DNA from: an uncultured Nitrospiraceae bacterium
GTDB taxonomy: Bacteria; Hydrogenedentota; Hydrogenedentia; Hydrogenedentales; SLHB01
Direction: 5' to 3'
Assembly: GCA_964632865.1 (NCBI GenBank)
Contig: CAZWDH010000002.1
Coordinates: 3,960 to 67,959, forward strand
Length of the DNA stretch: 64,000 bases
Both the position numbers and the translations under genes were made by a program. This document shows, piece by piece, positions 44,729 to 53,383 of this stretch. Below the pieces are notes generated by a model that was not told the DNA's origin, searched no databases, and worked only from the letters and a program-made list of their open reading frames with translations. Every line of letters begins with the position of its first letter. Position 1 is the first letter of the stretch.

Positions 44729-45448
44729 CTACCGGCTGGGCCGTTCGAAGGCGAAGTCCTGCTTCACCGGCGTGTCGTCCGCGATCGTGACGGTCGCGGT
44801 CTGGGCCGGGAGCCGTTCGTGCCAGGCCGTGATTTCGTATTCGCCCGGTTCGAGCCCATTGATGGTGTACGCGCCGTCCGCTTCGGTTACGTTGTAGAAT
44901 GGATGATCCAACACGGCGCAGAAGGAATGCATCCACCGGTGGATGTCGCATTTGATTTCAAAGGGATCCTCGACCTTGGGAAGGGTCACTTCGATCTCTT
45001 TCAGCGTCGCCGGCATGGCCTTGTTGAACGGTGTGTTCTCTTCCGGCATGCCGTGGACGTTGTGGAGAATGCCGTCGGGATTCAGAATCTTCAGCGTCTG
45101 CTTCGGATGAAGCACAAACACCCGCGGCTTGTACTGGCAGCCTTCCTGCGTGAGGATGGCCGGTTCGCTCGGCGCGGGGTACTCTTTGTTCGGAAGCCCC
45201 TTGGTCACGCGCACGAGGATATTGCCCATCGTCTGGCCCTCGCCCAGCACCAGTACCTCGTTCACGGGCGGGTTGTCGCCGTGCATGGCCGCGCAGGCCG
45301 GATCCGCCGACATGTCCACCGGCGGCAGCTTGGGAACCTCGCCCGTATACGTGATCGTACCGGTAACGCTCCCCGCGACCGCGGAAACGGATATCAGGAC
45401 GGCCGCCAACGCGGCAACGCCCGCAACTCGAACTATGCGTGCATTCAT
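44729..45448 (-). CDS. Secreted cupredoxin (type-1 copper-like) protein with a C-terminal CarboxypepD_reg-like domain
   Basis: Signal peptide MNARIVRVAGVAALAAVLISVSAVAG. Candidate T1Cu ligands are H in ILHNVH and the C-x2-H-x2-M in KCDIHRWMH. C-terminal YTINGLEPGEYEITAWHE. Confidence 0.6.
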   Translation of the reverse strand: MNARIVRVAGVAALAAVLISVSAVAGSVTGTITYTGEVPKLPPVDMSADPACAAMHGDNPPVNEVLVLGEGQTMGNILVRVTKGLPNKEYPAPSEPAILTQEGCQYKPRVFVLHPKQTLKILNPDGILHNVHGMPEENTPFNKAMPATLKEIEVTLPKVEDPFEIKCDIHRWMHSFCAVLDHPFYNVTEADGAYTINGLEPGEYEITAWHERLPAQTATVTIADDTPVKQDFAFERPSR

Positions 45449-45667
45449 GGTGATAGATACTCCTTCACATGAACCGATGGAATTTCAATCTGCGCCTTGC
45501 AGTGCGCACAGCGTGAAACCCTAACAAAACCCGTCATCGGGTTCAAACGCTGTGCTGAAACCGACGAGGCAAGCGTTATTCCTATTCACCTTCCGCGATT
45601 TTTTGGCCAAACCGCCGTTTATCCAGTATAGTCCCCGAAGAGATGTTGAACCGGGGAGTACTGTCCA

Positions 45668-47758
45668 ATGCGCCGTGTCTCTGCTGTCGCTGTGGTCCTT
45701 CTTTGCTCGTTGTTGAGTCAATCCGCCGTTGCCGGAGAAGAACCCAAAGCCGTCGATCCTGAAACGCAACGCTGGCTTGTGTATCCCAATGGCATGCCCG
45801 AGGAGGCGAGCGCGCTTCGCTTCACTATCGACGCGTGCAGCGAAGCCCTTGCCCAGCGCAAGGACCCCGCGTCCAAAGAGGACTGGGAGAGTCGTGCGCC
45901 TGAAATCCGTAACGCTTTGGCTCGGGGCCTCGGTCTTGACCCGATGCCTGAACGGACGCCCCTGAACGCCCACGTTACGGGCACTGCGGACCGCGAACTC
46001 TACACCATCGAGAATGTGGTCTTTGAAAGCCGCCCCAACTTCTACGTCACCGCGAACGTTTACATCCCCAAGAACATCACCTTGCCGGCTCCGGCCATCG
46101 TCGTCGTTGCGGGACACGACATGGATAACGGCAAGAATTGCCCGACCTATCAGATGGCCCATCTCGGTCTCATCCGCCAGGGATTCATCGTCATGGCCCA
46201 CGATCCCATCGGCCAGGGCGAACGGAAACTTCCGGGCTTCGGTCATGAACTCGGCTACGGCTCGCTGCTCGTGGGGCAGACCAACGAGGGCTATATCGTG
46301 TGGGACACCATTCGCGCCATCGACTACCTCATGAGCCGCGACGACGTGGATGTGAACCGAATCGGGCTCTGCGGCAATTCCGGCGGTGGCGAGAACACGT
46401 TCTACACGATGCCCTTCGACGACCGCATCAAGGCGGGCGGATCGTTCTGCTTTGTATGCACCTACGAACACTGGCTGCGCTACGGCGGCAACCACTGCAT
46501 CTGCAACCATCTCCCCGGCATCGTTCACGAGATGGAGGAGTTCGAGATCATTGGCCTCAACGCGCCGCGCCCCTTCATGTTCGGCAACGGCACGGAGGAT
46601 AAGATTTTTCCCATCGCAGGCGTCCGCGAGACCTACCAGCGCGCGCAGAACGTCTACGAACTTGTTGCGACGAAGGATCGTGTCCGCAGCGTGGAAGCGC
46701 CGGAGCCGCACGGCTGGTCGCAGCCCTTGCGCGAGGCCTGCTATGGGTGGATGAATCTGTGGCTCCGTGGCGAAGGCGACGGCTCACCCGTGCCCGAGCC
46801 GGAATACGAGAGCGAAGACCCCACGCTGCTTGACCTGAACTGCTACGACGGCACCACAATGCCGGAAAGCCATGAAACCGTCGTTACGCTGAACCGCGCG
46901 GAAGCGGATCGCCTTCGCGCTGCGTACGCCACGCCCCCAGTCAGCGCCGAAGCCTGGAACGAGCGCGCGCTTGCGTGGCGCGAAGAGGTTTGGCAAGTCC
47001 TCGGCGGACGTCCCGATCCCGTTGCGCCCACGGCCCGCGTGGTCAATCAATTTGAGACGGACGGCCTCCACGTCGAAGTGCTCGCCATCACGACCGAGCC
47101 GGGTATGGAGGTGGGCGCGGTCTTCGCGCGCAAGGCGGAGGCCACCGGCGCGTTGCCGGCCACGGTCTTCATAGGCGGGCACGATAAGAAACGCGCCGCG
47201 ATCCTGGATGGCTATGCCTCCGACGTAGTGAACGGCGGCGGCGCGGCCGTGCTCGTACTCGATCCTCGCGCCACGGGGGAAGCCTTCTGGCACGAAAACC
47301 ACATCACCAGCACCGCCATATGCCTGGGTCGTCCTTTGTTCGCCCAGCAGGTCTGGGATGCGCTGCAAGCGGGGCGCTACCTCGTATCGCGCGACGACGT
47401 GACGAATGACGCGGTGACTTGCCATGGAGTCGATACCGGTGGACTTATGGCGATTTACGCCGCCGCGCTGGACGATGTGTTCGCGGGGATTCACGTCGAG
47501 GACGTGCTCGCGAGTTACCGGTACTTCTTGGAAAATGCCCAGCCGCAATCCATCACGCTGTGCGTTCCGAACGTGCTGAAGACCGTCGACATCCCGCAGC
47601 TCGTTGCGCTGGCCGCGCCGACGCCTGTCGCAATTGCATCTGCGATCGGCTATGAAAAAGCGCCCCTGGACTCGACAGCGCTGCAAGACGAGTTCGCATT
47701 CGCGTTGCAAGCCTTCAACATGGCGGGCGCTAACGACGCATTACGCCTCGAACCCTGA
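45668..47758 (+). CDS. Secreted tandem alpha/beta hydrolase (acetyl-xylan-esterase-like), paralogous in architecture to 30261-32162
   Basis: Signal peptide MRRVSAVAVVLLCSLLSQSAVAG. The first domain has a nucleophile elbow LCGNSGGGE. The second domain has HGVDTGG in place of GxSxG. The antisense ORF 45521-46711 is rejected. Confidence 0.65.
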   Translation: MRRVSAVAVVLLCSLLSQSAVAGEEPKAVDPETQRWLVYPNGMPEEASALRFTIDACSEALAQRKDPASKEDWESRAPEIRNALARGLGLDPMPERTPLNAHVTGTADRELYTIENVVFESRPNFYVTANVYIPKNITLPAPAIVVVAGHDMDNGKNCPTYQMAHLGLIRQGFIVMAHDPIGQGERKLPGFGHELGYGSLLVGQTNEGYIVWDTIRAIDYLMSRDDVDVNRIGLCGNSGGGENTFYTMPFDDRIKAGGSFCFVCTYEHWLRYGGNHCICNHLPGIVHEMEEFEIIGLNAPRPFMFGNGTEDKIFPIAGVRETYQRAQNVYELVATKDRVRSVEAPEPHGWSQPLREACYGWMNLWLRGEGDGSPVPEPEYESEDPTLLDLNCYDGTTMPESHETVVTLNRAEADRLRAAYATPPVSAEAWNERALAWREEVWQVLGGRPDPVAPTARVVNQFETDGLHVEVLAITTEPGMEVGAVFARKAEATGALPATVFIGGHDKKRAAILDGYASDVVNGGGAAVLVLDPRATGEAFWHENHITSTAICLGRPLFAQQVWDALQAGRYLVSRDDVTNDAVTCHGVDTGGLMAIYAAALDDVFAGIHVEDVLASYRYFLENAQPQSITLCVPNVLKTVDIPQLVALAAPTPVAIASAIGYEKAPLDSTALQDEFAFALQAFNMAGANDALRLEP

Positions 47759-47784
47759 CCCGAACGGTATCCCACTGACACGTT

Positions 47785-48798
47785 TCAGGGTTTGCGGTTC
47801 TTGGCGTAGTCGCAAAGGGCGCGGAGGTTTTCGAGCGGGGTGTCACGCACCACTTCGCAGCCCGCGCCGACGATGTAGCGCCGTCCTGCTTCGGCGTGGC
47901 ATTGGGCGATTGCCTTAACCACTTGCTCGGGCTCTTTGTTACGAAGGCATGAGACCGGATCGACATTGCCCAGCAAGACCTGGTCAGGCCCCATGGCTTC
48001 GCGCGCCATGGCGAGAGGCGACGGATAGTCGAGATCGACAATCGCGCAACCCAGTTCACCCATGCCTTTCAAAATCGCGCGGGTATCGCCGCAGATGTGC
48101 AGGCGGACCAGCGCGCCCATGTCATGAATCGCGTCGACAAGCTGCTTTTCGTACGGCCAGACGAATTCCTCGTAGACTTGCGGGCCTACGAGGGACGCTG
48201 CGGCGTCACCGACACCGATGATGTCGGCGCCCGCGTCGATCTGAGCCTGCGCGAAGGCGATCTCCAGTTGAATGACCCATGCGAATAGATCGCGCACGAA
48301 GTCGGGATTCTCGAAGAAGTCGCACATGAGCGTGTTGATTCCGCGCAAATCGGCGGCTTCCGCGCAGGGGCCTTCCACCCAGCCCTCCACCAGTTTCTCT
48401 TTTCCGGCGCGTTCTTTGAGCAAGGCGACGCCGTCGATGCGATCGCGCATGCGCGTTCCCGTTGCCGGGTCAGGCATCGTGAGGCCCGCCAGCGCCGACG
48501 GTTCATGGATCAGGGCGCGTAACTCGTCGATAGCCGGAGGCTGATTGTCGAACCATTCGATGGCCGCGCCGCAGTCAGCCGCTTCCCGCGCGGGATCGGA
48601 AATGGCGGACACGTAATCGAATCCGAACTCGTCGGCGACATGGATCTGCGCCTCGGCCAGGACTCGATGGTCGGAGGCGTAACTCCGATAAGGTTTGCCG
48701 ATTCGGTCGGTGGCAAACATCATGGTGATGGGCATCAGCGGCAGGCAGTCCACCGGTTCACCGGCGATCATCGCGAGTATCCGTTCCCGTCCCGTCAT
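47785..48798 (-). CDS. Uroporphyrinogen-decarboxylase (URO-D) family protein (MtaA/MtbA-like)
   Basis: 337 aa. ERILAMIAGEPVDCLPLMPITMMFA..., ...DPAREAADCGA..., ...GADIIGVGDAAASLVGP..., ...RLHICGDT... The overall URO-D TIM-barrel pattern. Confidence 0.7.
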   Translation of the reverse strand: MTGRERILAMIAGEPVDCLPLMPITMMFATDRIGKPYRSYASDHRVLAEAQIHVADEFGFDYVSAISDPAREAADCGAAIEWFDNQPPAIDELRALIHEPSALAGLTMPDPATGTRMRDRIDGVALLKERAGKEKLVEGWVEGPCAEAADLRGINTLMCDFFENPDFVRDLFAWVIQLEIAFAQAQIDAGADIIGVGDAAASLVGPQVYEEFVWPYEKQLVDAIHDMGALVRLHICGDTRAILKGMGELGCAIVDLDYPSPLAMAREAMGPDQVLLGNVDPVSCLRNKEPEQVVKAIAQCHAEAGRRYIVGAGCEVVRDTPLENLRALCDYAKNRKP

Positions 48799-48973
48799 GG
48801 CAAGTCCCCCCAGAAGATTAGCATTCCCGGAAGTATACTTTAGGCGTCGGTCTCAGCGCACCGACTGTGCCTCACGAGGTGCCCTACCTCGGTCCAGAAT
48901 GCGTTGAATGGACGAACGTGATACAGTTGCGGCAGACTCTGAGCATAATGGACATTCGTACCAGCGCAATTAT

Positions 48974-49127
48974 GGAGTGCGGCCCCTTGGGGCTGCTTTG
49001 GCCGAGCTGGCTTGCCTGCGGCTTGACGGCAGGCAGGTAGTTCTTTTCGAGCCCACTTTGCATGAGTCAGAATTCTAAGGACCATCAAGACAGTCTAAAG
49101 CAAAGCAGCCCCAAGGGGCCGCACTCC
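48974..49127. repeat. Perfect 27-bp inverted repeat enclosing exactly ~100 nt (MITE-like element or long-stem structured RNA)
   Basis: GGAGTGCGGCCCCTTGGGGCTGCTTTG (48974-49000) and its exact reverse complement CAAAGCAGCCCCAAGGGGCCGCACTCC (49101-49127). Weaker inverted homology extends outward to AATGGAC (48948-48954 / rc 49137-49143). There is an inner hairpin CTTGCCTGC...GCAGGCAGG. Confidence 0.7.
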
Positions 49128-49181
49128 AAAGTATTGCCGTCCATTGTAAAAGGTCGTACTTAGGAGCGTTGAGTTTACGAC

Positions 49182-49883
49182 ATGAGCGATACGACGATGC
49201 GCACCAGCGTGGCGGCTGTGGTTCCGTGTTACAACGCGGGGGACCGCGTTGCACCCGTGATTACCGGCCTGCGGGAGTTCCTCGACCACGTGATTGTCGT
49301 GGACGACGGAAGCACGGACGGCGCGGCGGAGCCTTTGCGCGAGTTGGGCGCGACGGTGATCGCGCTTCCGCAGAACCAAGGCAAGGGGTTCGCCATGATG
49401 CGCGGGTTTCGGGAAGCCCTGGCATTGCCCAACGTGACCTGCGCGGCGATTGTGGACGCCGACGGCCAGCACGATCCCAGGGAGCTTCCCGCCTTGTATC
49501 GCACCTTCGTCGAGGAAGAGGCCGACCTTGTCATTGGCGCGCGCGAGTTCGATCAGGCGCACGTGCCCTGGCGCAGCCGGTTTGGAAACAAGCTGACGGC
49601 CGGCATCACGCGCGTCTTGTTAGGGCAGCGCATCGGCGACACGCAGTCCGGTTTTCGCCTGCATTCGCGGCCCTTGCTCGAGTTCATCGTCGAGAAGATC
49701 CCTGGTGGACGTTATGAGACCGAAATGGAAATCCTCGTGAAGGCGGTCCGCAACAACTTCAAGGTAACCACGTCGCCGATTCAGACAATCTACGAGGAAG
49801 GAAATCCTTCGTCCCACTTCAACAAGTTCCGCGATTCCTTTCGGATATACCGGAAACTGCTCAAAGTCTCCCTATTTCGATAG
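49182..49883 (+). CDS. Family 2 glycosyltransferase (polyprenol-phosphate glycosyltransferase-like)
   Basis: VVPCYNAG..., VVDDGSTDG, DADGQHDP (DxD) and QSGFR. 233 aa, no TM. Confidence 0.8.
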   Translation: MSDTTMRTSVAAVVPCYNAGDRVAPVITGLREFLDHVIVVDDGSTDGAAEPLRELGATVIALPQNQGKGFAMMRGFREALALPNVTCAAIVDADGQHDPRELPALYRTFVEEEADLVIGAREFDQAHVPWRSRFGNKLTAGITRVLLGQRIGDTQSGFRLHSRPLLEFIVEKIPGGRYETEMEILVKAVRNNFKVTTSPIQTIYEEGNPSSHFNKFRDSFRIYRKLLKVSLFR

Positions 49884-49929
49884 TCTTCCGCGTTGTATCG
49901 ACGATTCCGATTTGCCAGAATAGGCGATC

Positions 49930-51168
49930 ATGAGCACTACCCTACTCTCCGACTTTGAATTCCACTGTTACGGTTGCGGCAAATCGGCGGCCGTAGAGCC
50001 CCGCGGCGCTGCGTGCAGCCATTGCGGCGAACCGCTCAGCCTGCGATTTGTGGGCGATGGCGACCTATCATGTTTGGAGTCACGCCCCGAATCCTTGTGG
50101 CACTATCGCGAGTTCCTTCCTGTCGCGGATGCGGATTGCACCGTATCGCTGGGAGAAGGCGCGACGCGGCTGGTGGAAGCGCCGCGGCTGGCGGCCAAGT
50201 TCGGGTTCGAACAGCTACTGCTGAAAAACGAGACGTCTAACCCGACCGGTTCGTTCAAGGATCGCCAGGTATCCGTCGGGATCAGCCACGCGCGCGAATT
50301 GGGTATGGATACGGTGGCCGTCGTGTCGTCGGGCAACGTGGCCTGTGCAGCGGCGGCCTACGCGGCACGGGCGGGGATGCGCGCCGTGCTGTTCATGCAC
50401 GGTATGGCCGCTCCAGGCAAGATCGCCCAGGCTGCGGCGTATGGCGCCAAGGTGCTTTGCGTGGACAGTCCCTCGGCCGGCGCGGTGTTCGAACTCTGCG
50501 TCGCCGCGTGCAAAAAAATTGGCTGGTATCACCTGTCCACGTCGGGCATGCACGAGCCCTATAACGTGGAAGGGGCGAAGACGATTGCTTACGAAATATA
50601 CCACCAAACTGGCGGGGATGTGCCGGACTGGATCGTGGCGCCGGTCGGCGGCGGCGGACTGCTCGGCGGCATCTGGCGAGGGTTTCTGGATTTGAAACGC
50701 GCGGGCGTATTGAATCGTATTCCACGGCTTGCCGGCGTGCAGGCCGCCGGGTGCGCGCCGGTCAAGCAGGCGATTGACAAAGGCACACCCTTCCTCGAAA
50801 CGCTGAAGAACCCCTGGCCCAATCCGAAGACGATCGCGGGCGGTATTGCCGATGACATCATCTTCGACGGGCACACGGTGTTGCCGGCGATTCGCACTAC
50901 AGACGGCCTCGCCCCCGTGGTCACGGATGATGAAATCATCGCGGGCGAACTGTTGCTGGCGTCGGCCGAAGGCATTTTGTGCGAGCCGAGCTGCGCGGTT
51001 GTCGTCGCGGCCCTGAATCAACTCCCCCGCAACGGACGTGACACGCGCGTGTGCTGCGTAATTACCGGTACCGGCATCAAGGACCTGGACGCAATTCGCA
51101 ACCAGGTTGCGGCTCCCGCGAGAATCGCGCCCACGCTCGAAGCGGTCGACCAACAGGTGAATTCATGA
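49930..51168 (+). CDS. Threonine-synthase-like PLP enzyme (fold type II) with an N-terminal Cys4 zinc ribbon
   Basis: CYGCG...CSHCG zinc ribbon. PLP-lysine motif NPTGSFKDR. Glycine-rich loop PVGGGGLLGG. 412 aa. Confidence 0.75.
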   Translation: MSTTLLSDFEFHCYGCGKSAAVEPRGAACSHCGEPLSLRFVGDGDLSCLESRPESLWHYREFLPVADADCTVSLGEGATRLVEAPRLAAKFGFEQLLLKNETSNPTGSFKDRQVSVGISHARELGMDTVAVVSSGNVACAAAAYAARAGMRAVLFMHGMAAPGKIAQAAAYGAKVLCVDSPSAGAVFELCVAACKKIGWYHLSTSGMHEPYNVEGAKTIAYEIYHQTGGDVPDWIVAPVGGGGLLGGIWRGFLDLKRAGVLNRIPRLAGVQAAGCAPVKQAIDKGTPFLETLKNPWPNPKTIAGGIADDIIFDGHTVLPAIRTTDGLAPVVTDDEIIAGELLLASAEGILCEPSCAVVVAALNQLPRNGRDTRVCCVITGTGIKDLDAIRNQVAAPARIAPTLEAVDQQVNS

Positions 51169-52160
51169 GATATTGGATGATTGGCATCGCCGCGCTGGCG
51201 GTCATGAGCGGATGCTCGTCACGCGAAGTCGTGGTCGTGTACAGCCCGCACGGTCCGGATATCCTCAAGGACTACGAAGCGCGCTTCGAGGCGGCCTACC
51301 CGGAAGTGGACATGCAATGGGTGGACGCGGGGTCGCAGGAAGTCTACAGCCGGGTGAAGGCGGAGCGCGGACGTCCGCAAGGAGACGTCTGGTGGGGCGC
51401 GCCTTCAACGATGTTTATGCAGGCCGCACAGGAAGACCTGCTGGAACCATATCGTCCGGAATGGGCGGACGCGGTGCCCGCCGAATACAAGGACGCCGAG
51501 GATCGCTGGTACGGCACGTACCGTTCGCCGCTGGCGATCCTGTACAACAGCCGCCACTACACGGCGGAGCAGGTTCCGCAGACCTGGGACGAACTGCTGC
51601 TTCCGGAGTGGACGGGCAAGATCACCTTGCGGAAACCCCTGCCGTCGGGAACCATGCGGACGTTTATCGGGGCGATGATCTACCGCGCGCCCGGCGACGA
51701 CGACGGGATTGCGTGGCTGGATGCGCTGCACGATCAAGTTGAAGCCTACATGGAAAACCCGCAATTGCTGTTCGATCACGTGAAGAAGCAAGAGGACCTC
51801 ATCAGCGTGTGGCTCATGCCCGACGTGGCGCTGCAACGGGAACGCAACGGGTTTCCCTTTGAATGCGTCGTGCCGCCGAACACGCCCGTCCTGACGGAGG
51901 GCATCGCCATCATCAAAGGTGCGCCGCACGCCGAATGGGCCAAGAAGTTCTACGATTTTGTCACCACGCCGGAAGCGCTCGCGCAGCAGGCGGATGCCTT
52001 CGCGAAGGTCCCCGCGCGCACGGATCTTGACCCACAGACCTTGCCCGATTGGATCGCATCGCTTGACATCGAGCCGATGGAAATTGATTGGACCACGTTC
52101 GCGCGAAACGAGAAGCGCTGGTGCGAACGCTGGGAAGCCGAAGTGTACAACGCTCCATGA
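51165..52160 (+). CDS. ABC transporter periplasmic substrate-binding lipoprotein (Fe3+/AfuA/thiamine-type family 1)
   Basis: ATG at 51165 (ATGA overlap with the upstream stop). Lipobox AVMSGC. VVVYSPHGPDIL..., GDVWWGAP and LRKPLPSGT are typical of the FbpA/AfuA-like class. Confidence 0.75.
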   Translation: MRYWMIGIAALAVMSGCSSREVVVVYSPHGPDILKDYEARFEAAYPEVDMQWVDAGSQEVYSRVKAERGRPQGDVWWGAPSTMFMQAAQEDLLEPYRPEWADAVPAEYKDAEDRWYGTYRSPLAILYNSRHYTAEQVPQTWDELLLPEWTGKITLRKPLPSGTMRTFIGAMIYRAPGDDDGIAWLDALHDQVEAYMENPQLLFDHVKKQEDLISVWLMPDVALQRERNGFPFECVVPPNTPVLTEGIAIIKGAPHAEWAKKFYDFVTTPEALAQQADAFAKVPARTDLDPQTLPDWIASLDIEPMEIDWTTFARNEKRWCERWEAEVYNAP

Positions 52161-52912
52161 GTTCCGTGCGTTGCGAGAGCATTACGCGCGTGTACGACGA
52201 AGGCGGCGGGGTTCGGGAGTTTACCTGCACGATTCAGCAGGGCGAATTCTTCGCGCTGCTCGGTCCCAGTGGATGCGGCAAAACGACGACATTACGCGTG
52301 ATCGCGGGGCTGGAAGTACCAGACAGCGGCCGCTTGTTCTTCGACGAACGCGACGTGACCGCGTTGCCGCCGGAGAAGCGCAACGCGGCCATGGTATTTC
52401 AGAGCTACGCGTTGTTCCCGCACATGAACGTGTTCAACAACGTGGCGTTCGGACTGCGCGCGCGCGGTATGGCGAAGGAGGAGATCGCGGAGCGCGTCGA
52501 GGAATCGCTTCAGCGAGTGCAATTGGAAGGCGTGCAGGAGCGCCCGGTGACCGATCTGAGTGGAGGTCAACAGCAGCGCGTGGCGTTGGCGCGGTCGCTG
52601 GCGGTCCATCCGGCCATCCTGCTGCTGGACGAGCCGCTGAGCAATCTGGACGCCGAACTGCGGTACGCGACAAGGCTGGAACTGGCGGAGTTACAGCAAC
52701 GCCTCGGCATCACCGCTATCTACGTGACGCATGACCAGGAAGAGGCGCTCGATCTGGCGGACCGGATTGCGGTGATGAAGGATGGACGCTGCCACCAGAT
52801 CGGCACGCCGGGGCAGATTTTGGACGCTCCAGAAACGGAATTCGTCCGATCCTTCCTTGAACGGCAGCGCCGGTTGATGACGCGGATGAAGGAGTCCGGC
52901 CCGACGCTTTAA
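52157..52912 (+). CDS. ABC transporter ATP-binding protein (importer type, no TOBE extension evident)
   Basis: ATG at 52157 (ATGA overlap). Walker A GPSGCGKTT, Q-loop VFQSYALFPH, signature LSGGQQQRVALARSL, Walker B LLLDEPLSNLD, H-loop TAIYVTHD. Confidence 0.9.
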   Translation: MSSVRCESITRVYDEGGGVREFTCTIQQGEFFALLGPSGCGKTTTLRVIAGLEVPDSGRLFFDERDVTALPPEKRNAAMVFQSYALFPHMNVFNNVAFGLRARGMAKEEIAERVEESLQRVQLEGVQERPVTDLSGGQQQRVALARSLAVHPAILLLDEPLSNLDAELRYATRLELAELQQRLGITAIYVTHDQEEALDLADRIAVMKDGRCHQIGTPGQILDAPETEFVRSFLERQRRLMTRMKESGPTL

Positions 52913-52915
52913 TGG

Positions 52916-52961
52916 CCTCCCTTCCACACCATGATATACTGATACGGCGTCAGGAAGGAGG
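52916..52961 (+). promoter_or_regulatory. Candidate anti-Shine-Dalgarno hairpin in front of the PilZ gene
   Basis: CCTCCCTTCC (52916-52925) can pair with the SD GGAAGGAGG (52953-52961): 9 bp with one bulged C and a 27-nt loop. The ATG is at 52967. Confidence 0.35.
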
Positions 52962-52966
52962 AAACC

Positions 52967-53359
52967 ATGGGCGACACACACGATAAACGAGAGTTCACCC
53001 GTGTCCATACGAACCTCGATGCGAAACTGCTCCAACCCGGCCGCCCTCTTGTATCCTGCCATCTGGAAGACCTCAGCATGAACGGCGCGCTCGTGGCGGC
53101 TCAGGGCGAGGTGGCGGACGGCGGCCCTTGCACCATGGAGCTTCTCTTACCGGGCGCGGAACCTCCGATTCGGATTGTGGCGAAGGGCACCGTGACCCGT
53201 CTGGAAGCGAACATGGTCGGTGTTGCCTTTGAGGAGATCGACGAAGAGAGCTTCGTCCATTTGCGAAAGCTGGTGTTGGTCAACGCGGACGATCCCGCGC
53301 AAGTCGAAGACGAACTCGACAGCAGCGTCGGCATTCGGCGTCAGCAAACGGATTTCTGA
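52967..53359 (+). CDS. PilZ-domain c-di-GMP receptor (stand-alone)
   Basis: RxxxR in KREFTRV and D/NxSxxG in EDLSMNGA, at the usual spacing. 130 aa. Confidence 0.8.
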   Translation: MGDTHDKREFTRVHTNLDAKLLQPGRPLVSCHLEDLSMNGALVAAQGEVADGGPCTMELLLPGAEPPIRIVAKGTVTRLEANMVGVAFEEIDEESFVHLRKLVLVNADDPAQVEDELDSSVGIRRQQTDF

Positions 53360-53383
53360 TTTGCTGCGGAGGGATCCTTGCCC

